Below, one piece after another: positions 51,751 to 62,397 of a stretch of 64,000 bases of DNA. The stretch is from Anaeramoeba ignava BMAN (Eukaryota > Protista > Anaeramoebae), in the NCBI GenBank assembly GCA_028826165.1, contig JAPDFW010000013.1:1-64000 (forward strand), read 5' to 3'. The notes beneath the pieces were generated by a model that saw only the letters and a program-made list of their open reading frames with translations, made no database searches and was not told the origin of the DNA. Numbering within the stretch: the stretch's first letter is position 1; the number at the start of each line of letters is the position of its first letter. A program made the translations under genes and the position numbers.

Positions 51751-51925
51751 GGAAAGATCAGAACGGCGAATGAAATGTTTTTTATCTTCAGTTCAAGTCT
51801 TTTTCTAAGTGGGTCGACCAAATATTATTGAATTTTTTTTTTACAAAGAAAAAAAAAAACAAAAATAAAAGGAACTTAGAATAAAGAAAATGATCTGGCT
51901 GTGTTAAGTTTCATCATTTCTTTCC
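51751..51925 (-). ncRNA. Candidate box C/D snoRNA (~175 nt)
   Basis: Minus strand: 5' GGAAAGA-A-ATGATGA (box C, 51917-51911) ... TTTCATTCGCCGTT-CTGA (box D, 51761-51758)-TCTTTCC 3'. Perfect 7-bp terminal stem; the guide is complementary to AACGGCGAATGAA, similar to the conserved LSU rRNA motif AACGGCGAGTGAA. Confidence 0.7.
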
Positions 51926-52099
51926 AATTTAATTTTTTGAAAATAAAAAAATGAAAAAAAAAAACAAAAAAAAATTTTTTAATTAAAAAAAACAAAAACA
52001 ATTTTTCATTTTTTTTTCATTTTTTTCTTCTTTTTTTTCTTCTTTTTTTGTTTTATTTCATTTATTTTCAAAAATTAAAATTAAAAAATAAAATTAAAA

Positions 52100-52600
52100 A
52101 TGAAAATATTTGTCACAGTTGGAACTACAAAATTTACAGAATTAATAAACATTGTAGATTCACAAGAATTTCTACAATTAATGAAAAAAAAAGGAGTAAC
52201 GGAAATAACATTACAAACAGGAACAGAAGAATTTGAACCAAAAGAATTAAAAAAAGAAACAAATTTGACAGTTAAGACATTTAAATTAGTTCCATCAATA
52301 GAAGAATATATTGAAAAAGCAGATTTAATAATTAGTCATGGAGGCGCAGGAACTATTTTTGAAAGTCTTCGCGCAAAAAAACCGTTAATTGTTGTTGTTA
52401 ATGATTCTTTAATGGATAATCATCAAACTGAACTGGCAGAAAAATTAGCGGAAGAAAAGCATCTTTTTTATTGTGAAAATTCTTCTTTTCTTCCTACTAT
52501 TTTTAAAAATATTGAAATCGATGGTTTATTGCCTCTTCCTGATACTAATCCTGATAAATTCAATTCTTTTATTGATAATCATTTTAATTTGAAAATTTAA
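52100..52600 (+). CDS. ALG13: UDP-GlcNAc transferase subunit ALG13
   Basis: IFVTVGTTKF..LQTG..ADLIISHGGAGTIFESL..VVVNDSLMDNHQTELA. Confidence 0.95.
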   Translation: MKIFVTVGTTKFTELINIVDSQEFLQLMKKKGVTEITLQTGTEEFEPKELKKETNLTVKTFKLVPSIEEYIEKADLIISHGGAGTIFESLRAKKPLIVVVNDSLMDNHQTELAEKLAEEKHLFYCENSSFLPTIFKNIEIDGLLPLPDTNPDKFNSFIDNHFNLKI

Positions 52601-52689
52601 TCAATGAAAAAAAATACAAAAGTTGATTTTTTTTTTCAAGTTTTTTATTTGAAATGGAGTGTGAATTATTTCAATATTCTTTATAATAA

Positions 52690-52920
52690 AGCTTCATTTA
52701 AAATTAAAATTCATTTATAAAATCAAAATCAAAATTAAAATTCATTTAATAATTAAAATTCATTTATAAAATTAAAATTCATTTATAAAATTAAAATTCA
52801 TTTATAAAATTAAAATTAAAATTCAAATTAAAATTAAAATATTAAAATTAAAATTAAAATTAAAATTAAAATTAAAATTAAAATTAAAATTAAAATTAAA
52901 ATTAAAATTAAAATTAAAAT
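52690..52920. repeat. (AAAATT)n / AAAATTCATTTAT repeat between ALG13 and the SelK 3' end
   Basis: Directly visible. Confidence 0.85.
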
Positions 52921-52998
52921 AATTTTGTTTTCAAAGTTTATTTCTTTTCCAAATTTTCTTTTCTAAATTATCTTTCTTCATTTTTTTTCTTTTTAATA

Positions 52999-53085
52999 TC
53001 TTTTTTTCTTACTTTGTGTTCGAAAATCTCAATCCAAAAAAAAGGTTTCTTGAGATTTTGTCATATACAAAGAAAGAAAAAAAGA
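52999..53085 (-). promoter_or_regulatory. SECIS element of the SelK-like gene
   Basis: Minus strand: ctttgt-at-ATGAC-aaaatctcaa-g-AAA-cc(t8)gg-a-ttgagatttt-CGAA-c-acaaag. AUGA/GA quartet, perfect 10-bp helix II, apical AAA, and helix I. Confidence 0.85.
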
Positions 53086-53163
53086 AAGAGAAAATCATTT
53101 TAAAATTTTAAAAAAAAAAGAAATTACTAAAAAGGATTAAATCTGAATTAGAAAAAATCCTTT

Positions 53164-55314
53164 TTAGCAATTTCCCCCACCTCATCCACCACCACCACTA
53201 AAGAAAGAAAGTGTAGAAAATGAATTTCGTCGATTTTGTGGAATTGGTTGTTGTCTAGGTTGAGGTCTTGTTTCATCTGGTTCTTCATAAAATAAAGTTT
53301 GTAAACTAAAAATTTATAATTAAATTTATAATTAAATTTATAATTAAATTTATAATTAAATTTATAATTAAATTTATAATTAAATTTATAATTAAATTTA
53401 TAATTATATTTATAATAAATTTATAATTAAATTTATAATTAAATTTATAATTAAATTTATAATTAAATTTATTATTATAATTATAATAAAATTAATAATT
53501 AAATTTATAATTAAATTTATAATCAAATTTATAATTAAATTTATAATTATATTTATAATTAAATTTATAATTAAATTTAAAATTAAATTTATAATTAAAT
53601 TTATAATTAAATTTGTAATAAAATTTATAATTATATTTTATAAACAAAATTTATAATTAAATTTATAATTAAATTTATAATTAAATTTATAATTAAATTT
53701 ATAATTATATTTATAATAAAATTAATAATTAAATTTATAATAAAATTAATAATTAAATTTATAATAAAATTTATAATTAAATTTATAATTAAATTTATAA
53801 TTAAATTAATAATTAAAATTTATAATAAAAATTTAAATATATAATTAAAATTATAATTAAATTTATAATTAAATTTATAATTAAACTTATAATTAAATTT
53901 ATAATTAAATTTATAATTAAATTTATAATTAAATTTATAATTAAATTTAATTAAATTTATATTTTATATAATTAAAATTATAATTAAAAATATAATTAAA
54001 TTTATAATTAAATTTATAATTATATTTTATAATTAAATTTATAATAAAAATTTATAATTAAATTTATAATTAAATATATAATTAAACTTATAATTAAAAT
54101 ATATAATTAAATTTATAATTAAATTTATAATTATATTTATAATTAAATTTATAATTAAATTTATAATTAAATTTATAATTAAATTTATAATTAAATTTAT
54201 ATAATTAAATTTATAATTAAAATTATAATTAAATTTATAATTAAATTTATAATTAAATTTATAATTAAATTAATTAAATTTATAATTAAATTTATAATTA
54301 AATTTTATAATTAAATTAATAATTAAATTTATAAAAAATTTATAATAAAATTTATAATTATATTTATAAACAAAATTTATAATTAAATTTATAATTAAAT
54401 TTATAATTAAATTTATAATTAAATTTATAATTAAATTTATAATTAAATTTATAATTAAATTTAAAACTAAATTTATAATAAAATTAATAATTAAATTAAT
54501 AATTAAATTTATAATAAAATTTATAATTAAATTTATAATATTTATAATTAAATTTATAATTAAATTTATAATTAAATTTAAATTTATAATTAAATTTATA
54601 ATAAAATTTATAATTAAAATATATATTTATATTTATAATTAAATTTATAATTAAATTTATAATTAAAAATATAAAATTTATAATTAAATTTATAATTAAA
54701 TTTATAATTAAATTTATAATTAAATTTATAATTAAATTTATAATTAAATTTATAATTAAATTTATAATTTATTTATAATTATATTTATAATTAAATTTAT
54801 AATTAAATTTATAATTAAATTTATAATTAAATTTATAATTAAATTTATAATTAAATTTATAATTAAAATTTATAATTAAATTTATAATTAAATTTATAAT
54901 TAAATTTATAATTAAAATTTATAATTAAATTTATAATTAAATTATATTTTATAATTAAATTTATAATTAAATTTATAATTAAATTTATAATTAAATTTAT
55001 AAACAAATTTATAATTATATTTATAATTAAATTTATAATTAAATTTATAATTAAATTTATAATTAAATTTATAATTAAATTTATAATTATATTTATAATT
55101 AAATTTATAATTAAATTTATAATTAAATTTATAATTATATTTATAATTAAATTTATATTAAAATTTATAATTAAATTTATAATTAAATTGTTTACAAAAT
55201 TTTTAAAAATTGTAAAATGGCTAATAAAATGTTTTGTATTTTTGTAAAAATTCTTGATTCATTTGATTCTGTTCTTGTTTGTTGTGGAAAAACTTTTCTT
55301 CTATTATTTTCCAT
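53164..55314 (-). CDS. SELENOK: Selenoprotein K-like (86 aa, in-frame UGA=Sec at 53184-53182); exons 55314-55196 and 53305-53164
   Basis: MENNRRKVFPQQTRTESNESRIFTKIQNILLAILQFLKIFLQTLFYEEPDETRPQPRQQPIPQNRRNSFSTLSFFSGGGUGGGNC*. Hydrophobic helix ending FLQTL, P/R-rich linker, C-terminal GGU, downstream SECIS. Confidence 0.82.
53306..55195 (-). repeat. 1.89-kb GT-AG intron of the SelK-like gene filled with (AAATTTATAATT)n
   Basis: Donor gtaaac at 55195, acceptor tttag at 53306; 12-mer repeat throughout. Confidence 0.88.
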
Positions 55315-55431
55315 TTATAAAAAAAATAATTGAAAAAAAAAATGAAAAAAATGAAAAACAAAATCATTTTGAATTTTATTTGTTTTTTTTTTTGAAAAGA
55401 AAAAAAAAGGAAAAAAATTTATTTTTAATAA

Positions 55432-55493
55432 TCATTGACTTTCAGAAAATATTCTTCCAAAGATTTCAAATATTTCCTTCATTTGTTCAACAA
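55432..55493 (-). promoter_or_regulatory. SECIS element (form II) of the SelW-like gene
   Basis: Minus strand: ttgttga-acaa-ATGAA-ggaaatat-ttg-AAA-tctt-tgg-aaga-atattttc-TGAA-ag-tcaatga. Quartet, helix II, AAA plus apical minihelix, and helix I. Confidence 0.85.
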
Positions 55494-55612
55494 TTATTAA
55501 AAATTGGAAAAAAAAATGTGGCTTTTATGTTGAAAGATTGTTTGAGAAATGAAAAAAGAAAAAGAAAAAGAAAGAAGAAGAAATGTTCAGTTTTTTTTTG
55601 ATTTGAATTTGT

Positions 55613-57418
55613 TTACTTTTCTTTTTCTTCTTTTTCTTCTTTTTTTTCTTTTTGAGATTCTAAATGTTTTTCAATAAGAGTAACAAGTTCTTCAGGTTCT
55701 GGATATCTTCCTGTTTTTTTACGTGAAAAAATGAGTGTTCCATCATCAAGATGTACTTCAAACAAATATCCTGAATGTCCGTGTTTTGGAGCAACTGTAT
55801 ATCCTTTTTCTTTTAATCCATTAGCCACCCAAAGGTATCGTCCAAAGATACCTCATCCTATTTTAAAATTATTATTAAAATTATTATTAAAATTAATTAT
55901 TATTAAAATTATTATTAAAATTATTATTAAAAATTATTATTAAAATTATTATTAAAATTATTATTAAAATTATTATTAAAATTATTATTAAATTTATTAT
56001 TAAATTTATTATTAAAATTATTATTAAAATTATTATTAAAATTATTATTAAATTTATTATTAAATTTATTATTAAATTTATTATTAAATTTATTATTAAA
56101 TTTATTATTAAAATTATTATTAAATTTATTATTAAAATTATTATTAAAATTATTATTAAAATTATTATTAAAATTATTATTAAAATTATTATTAAAATTA
56201 TTATTAAAATTATTATTAAAATTATTATTAAATTTATTATTAAATTTATTATTAAAATTATTATTAAATTTATTATTAAAATTATTATTAAAATTTATTA
56301 TTAAAATTATTATTAAATTTATTATTAAATTTATTATTAAATTTATTATTAAAATTTATTATTAAAATTTATTATTAAAATTATTATTAAAATTATTATT
56401 AAAATTTATTATTAAATTTATTATTAAATTTATTATTAAATTTATTATTAAATTTATTATTAAATTTATTATTAAAATTGTTATTAAATTTATTATTAAA
56501 TTTATTATTAAATGATTATTAAATTTATTATTAAATTTATTATTAAATTTATTATTAAAATTATTATTAAAATTATTATTAAAATTATTATTAAAATTAT
56601 TATTAAATTTATTATTAAAATTATTATTAAATTATTATTGAATTTATTATTAAATTTATTATTAAAATTATTATTAAAATTATTATTAAAATTATTATTA
56701 AAAATTATTATTAAAATTATTATTAAATTTATTATTAAAATTATTATTAAAATTATTATTAAAATTTATTATTAAATTTATTATTAAATTTATTATTAAA
56801 ATGATTATTAAAATTTATTATTAAAATTTATTATTAAAATTATTATTAAAATTATTATTAAAAATTATTATTAAAATTTATTATTAAATTTATTATTAAA
56901 TTTATTATTAAAATTATTATTAAAATTATTATTAAAATTATTATTAAATTTATTATTAAAATTATTATTATATTTATTATTAAATTTATTATTAAATTTA
57001 TTATTAAATTTATTATTAAATTTATTATTAAAATTATTATTAAATTTATTATTAAATTTATTATTAAATTTATTATTAAATTTATTATTAAAATTATTAT
57101 TAAAATTATTATTAAATTTATTATTAAAATTATTATATTTATTATTAAAATTATTATTTATTATTAAATTTATTATTAAAATTATTATTAAATTTATTAT
57201 TAAATTTGTTATTAAAATTATTATTAAAATTATTATTAAATTTATTATTAAAATTATTATTAAAATTATTATTAAATTTATTATTAAAATAGATTGCTAA
57301 TTGATTGGGGAGATTTGGTTAAATTATTAATTTTAATTGATTTTAATTTTGAGAACTTTAATTGAGATTAATTTTTGATTGTTGATTTACCTCCACAATA
57401 AGTAATTATGACTTTCAT
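55613..57418 (-). CDS. SELENOW: Rdx-family (SelW-like) selenoprotein, 90 aa, CxxU motif (UGA at 55855-55853); exons 57418-57391 and 55857-55613
   Basis: MKVIITYCGGUGIFGRYLWVANGLKEKGYTVAPKHGHSGYLFEVHLDDGTLIFSRKKTGRYPEPEELVTLIEKHL.. The I.YC..UG start and G.FEV..G.LIFS.K..G.YP motif are Rdx signatures; SECIS downstream. Confidence 0.9.
55858..57390 (-). repeat. 1.53-kb GT-AG intron of the SelW-like gene filled with (AAAATTATTATT/AAATTTATTATT)n
   Basis: Donor gtaaat at 57390, acceptor aaatag at 55858. Confidence 0.88.
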
Positions 57419-57774
57419 TAAGTCACTAAAATTTCTTTTTTGAAAATTTTGAAGTTTTTGCGTTGTGTTTTTATTTGTTTTAAATGTTTTAAAAAAAGAA
57501 AAAAAAATGAAAAAAAAAATGAAAAAAAAAAATCTTTTAATAAATTTTATTTTTGTTTTTGTGGGCAAATTAAAAAAATAAAAATAAAAAAAGGAGAAAA
57601 AAAAAATAAATTTTTCTTAATTTAAAAATAAATAAAAAAATAAAATAAAAAAAATTGTTTTTCATTTTTTTTCTTTTTGCTTTTAATTTTCTTTACAATT
57701 ACAAATTAAAAAAAAAAACAATAAATTGAAAAAATAAAAATTAAAAAACAATAATTAATAATAATAATAATAAA

Positions 57775-58044
57775 ATGACTGAATCAAAAGTTGTAGTGAA
57801 GAATGTAGATATGGTAGAAGAAATGCAAAACGAGATAATTAACGAAGCATTAACGGCATTTGAGAAATTTACAGTAGAAAAAGATATAGCAGGATATTTG
57901 AAACGAGCTGCTGATAAAAAATACGGTCCTACTTTTCATGTTATTGTTGGGAAAAGTTTCGGATCTTTTGTTACTCATGAAAGCAAAAACTTTATATATT
58001 TTTATGTTGGTCAAACTGCTGTCCTTCTTTTTAAATGCGGTTAA
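57775..58044 (+). CDS. DYNLL: Dynein light chain LC8
   Basis: 89 aa; VKNVDM.EEMQ..EKDIAGYLK..DKKYGPTFHVIVGKSFGSFVTHE..FIYFY..AVLLFKCG. Confidence 0.95.
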   Translation: MTESKVVVKNVDMVEEMQNEIINEALTAFEKFTVEKDIAGYLKRAADKKYGPTFHVIVGKSFGSFVTHESKNFIYFYVGQTAVLLFKCG

Positions 58045-58539
58045 TTTTCAAACTCAAGTTTTCTTTCTTTTAAAATTCTCTTCTTTCTTTCTTTCTTTCT
58101 TCCCCTTTTTTTCTCTTTTAATTTTACTTTTAATTTTACTTTTAATTTTACTTTTAAATTTCTTCTTTCTTTTTTTAAAAAAATTTTCTTCTATCTCAAG
58201 TTTATTCTTGTTCTTGTCTTTTTCTTCACTTTTTTTTTTTCTTTCTGTTTTGTTTATCCTTCCTTTCTTTAATTCATTTCAAAAAAAATTGATTTTTTTA
58301 ATTGCGTTTTTTTTTTTTGACAATTTAATTGAAAAATTTAAAAAAAATTTAAAAATTAAAAAAAATTAAAATCGAATAAACTGATTAACTTTTTCATTGT
58401 TTTTAATTTAGTTTTTTTTTGAAAAATAAAAAGTGGAATAAATTCGGATATTATTTTAATTAAAAGAAAATTAAAATTTTTATTTTTTTTTTTAAAATTC
58501 AAAATTTCATTTTTTTCATTTTTTTTCTAAATTTTTATA

Positions 58540-60803
58540 ATGGATTCTTGGTCAACGTAATAAAAGAATAAAAGAATAAAAAATTTAAATTTGCATAAAA
58601 AATAACTCAAATAAATTTATTAAGAAATTTAAAAATTTAAAAATTAAAAAAATTTAAAAAAAAATTTTAAAAAAAAAAAAGAATTGAATCTGATCCTGGA
58701 GTTTTCACTGAAATGATAGAAGGATTTGGAGTTGTAAAAGATCAAATTCAAGCCGAAGAATTGTTTTCATTTGATGAAGAATCATTCAATGATTTGCAGT
58801 AATTTTTAAAAAAATCAAATTAAAAAACGAAATAAAAAATCAAATTAAAAAATGAAATTAAAAAAAATCAAAAATGAAATTAAAAAATTTTTTTCTTTTT
58901 TAAATTTCTTAGACCCATTTATGGCCTTGTTTTTCTTTTTAAATGGGATCCCAAATTACACATTGTTAATAAAGGAACTGTTGTAGATCCTCCTGATGAG
59001 GTTTTTTTTGCGAAACAAATAGTTCAAAATGCATGTGCGACTCAAGCTATTTTATCTATTTTATTGAATCTTGAAAACAGTTTTCCTGAAATTGATATTG
59101 GTACTCATCTTACTAATTTCAAGAGTTTTACGAAAGATTTTCCTCCTGATGTATTTATTAAATAAATATAAAAATTAAAATCAAAATTAAAATCAAAATT
59201 AAAAATTAAAATCAAAAATTAAAATTAAAATTAAAATTAAAATTAAAATTAAAATCAAAATCAAAAATTAAAATCAAAATTAAAATTAAAATTAAAATTA
59301 AAATTCATTTATAAAATCAAAATCAAAATCAAAATTAAAATTCATTTATAAAATTAAAATTAAAATCAAAATTAAAATTAAAATTAAAATTAAAATTAAA
59401 AAAATAAAAAAAATCAAAATCAAATCAAATCAAAAATTAAAATTAAAATTAAAATTAAAATTAAAATTTAAAATCAAAATCAAAATTAAAATTAAAATTA
59501 AAAATCAAAATTAAAATCAAAATTAAAATCAAAAATTAAAATTAAAATTAAAATTAAAATTAAAATTAAAATTAAAATTAAAATTAAAAATTAAAATCAA
59601 AATCAAAATCAAAAATCAAAATCAAAATCAAAATTAAAAATTAAAATTAAAATTAAAATTAAAATTCATTTATAAAATTAAAATTCATTTTATAAAATTA
59701 AAATTAAAATCAAAATTAAAATTAAAATTAAAATTAAAATTAAAATTCATTTATAAAATTAAAATTAAAATTCAAAATCAAAATCTAAAATTAAAATTAA
59801 AATTAAAAATTCATTTATAAAATTAAAATTAAAAATCATTTATAAAATTAAAAATTAAAATTAAAATTAAAATTAAAATTAAAATTAAAATTAAAATTAA
59901 AATTCATTTATAAAATTAAAATTCATTTATAAAATTAAAATTAAAATTAAAATTCATTTATAAAATTAAAATTAAAATTAAAATTCATTTATAAAATTCA
60001 TTTATAAAATTAAAATTCATTTATTAAAATTTAAATAGTTAAAAGGAAATGCAATTGGAGATCATGATTTATTCCGAGAAGTTCATAACAATTTCGCAAG
60101 ACCAGAACCATTCATTTACGAACAAGGAGATGAAGACGACGCAGACGATAGCGAATTATATCACTTTGTATCATTTCTACCAATTAACGGAATCCTTTTT
60201 GAATTTGATGGATTAAAATCTGGACCAATTCTTCATGAAAATTGCACACTTGAAAATTGGACAGAAGTTGCAAGAAAAGTTATTATTGAAAGAACACAAA
60301 TGTTTGGAACAGAAATTAGATTCAATTTAATGGCAATTGTCAAAAATAGAGTCACTGTTTTGAATGAAAAAATCAACGAATTGAAATCTCAAAAAGAAAA
60401 AATTACTGATGATAATGAATCTGCTTTAAGTGAAATTGATTCAGAACTTGAAACTCTCGAAATTTTATTATCAAGTGAAGAAGATAAAAGAAAAAATTGG
60501 AAAATCGAAAATGTTCGAAGACAACATAATTATATTCCTTTTTTCATTAACTTGCTTAAGATTTCTGCTCAAAATGGTTTTTTGGAAAATATGGAAAAGA
60601 AAGCAAAACAAGAAGCTGAATTAAAAGAAATGCAAGAAAAATCAAAAGAAAAAGATGAAAAAGAAAAATCAAATGAAGATGAAAAAAAAGATGAGAAAGA
60701 AAAAGATAATCAAATGGATCAAGAAAAAAAAGAAGATGAAAAAGAAAAAGATGATGAAAAAGATAATCAAATGGATCAAGAAAAAAAAGATGATGATCAA
60801 TAA
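58540..60803 (+). CDS. UCHL5: Ubiquitin C-terminal hydrolase UCH37/UCHL5; exons 58540-58556, 58682-58798, 58913-59150, 60039-60803
   Basis: WSTIESDPGVFTE, PIYGLVFLFKW, FFAKQIVQNACATQAILSILLN, YHFVSF..FEFDGL, EIRFNLMAIV, ENVRRQHNYIPF. Confidence 0.92.
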
Positions 60804-60987
60804 AAAGAAAATATTCCGTTTTTTTTCCAACTTTTCATTCAAAAAAAAATTTTTCATTCAATTTTTAAAAAAAAAAACATGAAAGCAACAAATTTTATTC
60901 CACTTTTTTTCTTGATTCTTAAAATTCAATAAAAATCAAAAAAAAAAAAAATTTATTCTTCTTTCTTTTTTTGTATCAACACAAACA

Positions 60988-62283
60988 TTATTTTTTTTTT
61001 AAATTTTGATTATAATTCTTATTCAATTTCGGTTTTGATTTTGATTTTGATTTTGAATTTGAATTTGATTTTTCTAATTCTTGTTGTTTTTTCCAAGCTG
61101 CAATTGCTTTTTTTTTAAGTTCTTCTTTTTCTTTTTTTTTTCTTTCTTCAAAATTTTGTAAATTAAAAGTTTTAGGAGATGTTTGAGTTTGTTTTCTGGT
61201 TGTTTTAGTTCTATGTTTCTTTTCATCTAAAGGAATTGTTGGTAATTTTCTTTTAAAAATAACAAATTAATTTTTAAATCAAATTAATATTTAAATCAAA
61301 TTTGAATCAAATTTAATATTTAAATCAAATTTTAAATCAATATTTAAATCAAATTAATATTTAAATTAATATTTAAATCAAATAAATATTTAAATTAATA
61401 TTTAAATCAAATCAATATTTAAATCAAATTAATATTTAAATCAAATCAATATTTAAATCAAATCAATATTTAAATCAAATCAATATTTAAATCAATATTT
61501 AAATCAAATCAATATTTAAATCAATTTAATATTTAAATTAAATCAATATTTAAATTAAATCAATATTTAAATCAAATTAATTTTTAAATCAATATTTATA
61601 AAAATATTTAAATCAAATAATCCAATATTTAAATCAAATCAATATTTTTCAAATTAATTTTTAAATTTTTAAATCAAATTTTTAAAATAAATATTTAAAT
61701 TAAATATTTAAATCTTTAAATATTTTCAAATCAATATTTTTAAATAAATATTTAAATCAAATTAAATCAATATTTAAATCAAATAAATATTTATAAAATA
61801 TTTAAATCAAATTCTTTAAATTCTTTAAATTCTTTAAATTCTTTAAATTCTTTGAATTCTTTAGATTTTTCTTGTTTTTATTATCATTTTTTGGTTGAGG
61901 AACATAATCAAGTTTTTTAATTTTTTTTTCTTGCTTTTTTTGATTTTAATTTTCTTTTCAAACAAAGATTTTTTCAATTTATAAAAATCTCTCCATTTAA
62001 TTGAATCTTTTTTTTCAAAACCACCAAAATTTTTTTTAGTAAAAACTTCCCATTTTTTTTCACTATTAAAATCAATTAAAGGATTCATTTTCTCAATTTT
62101 TTCAAATTGTTCTGGTGTGCATTTTTGTACTATTTTCCTTGCAATTTCATCGGGTATTTCTCCCATATATCCAAGTTGATCAATGTTTCTTTGAATATGT
62201 CCAAGAGTTATATTGAATAATGTTGGTATTTTCTTTTTTTCTTTGAGAAATTCATTTACTCCATAAAAATCAAATTGATTCAT
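60988..62283 (-). CDS. Elongin A-like protein (BC-box); 3' exon (~61250-60988) and splice donor uncertain
   Basis: IPTLFNIT..IQRNIDQLGYMGEIP..IVQKCTPEQFEKIEKMNP..W...TKKNF..WRDFY matches the Elongin A domain. A downstream coding-like segment KLPTIPLDEK.. follows an AT-repeat block. Confidence 0.65.
61262..61860. repeat. AT-rich repeat (AATATTTAAATCAAATC-type), probably intronic
   Basis: Directly visible degenerate ~17-bp units plus (TTCTTTAAA)n. Confidence 0.75.
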
Positions 62284-62397
62284 TAATTTTTGATAAGATT
62301 TTTGAAAAGAAAAAAATGAAAATTTAAAATTTAATTTTTTTCTTTTTTTAAATAAATTAAAATTAAAATATTTTTTTCATTTTTTTTCTTTTCAAAA

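Noticed and set aside
55254-55601. Plus-strand 115-aa ORF and the 57368-57568 N-terminal extension
   Set aside because: The first is a low-complexity antisense translation of the SelW 3' UTR and SelK promoter. The second begins at a non-ATG codon upstream of the initiator-like motif, and the real ATG is at 57418.
53182-55855. Genome-wide UGA reassignment to explain the in-frame TGAs
   Set aside because: TGA is the normal stop for FAM98 (17559), ankyrin-BTB (27981) and the TRAPPC14-like gene (30068). The in-frame TGAs occur only at Sec-expected sites with SECIS elements.
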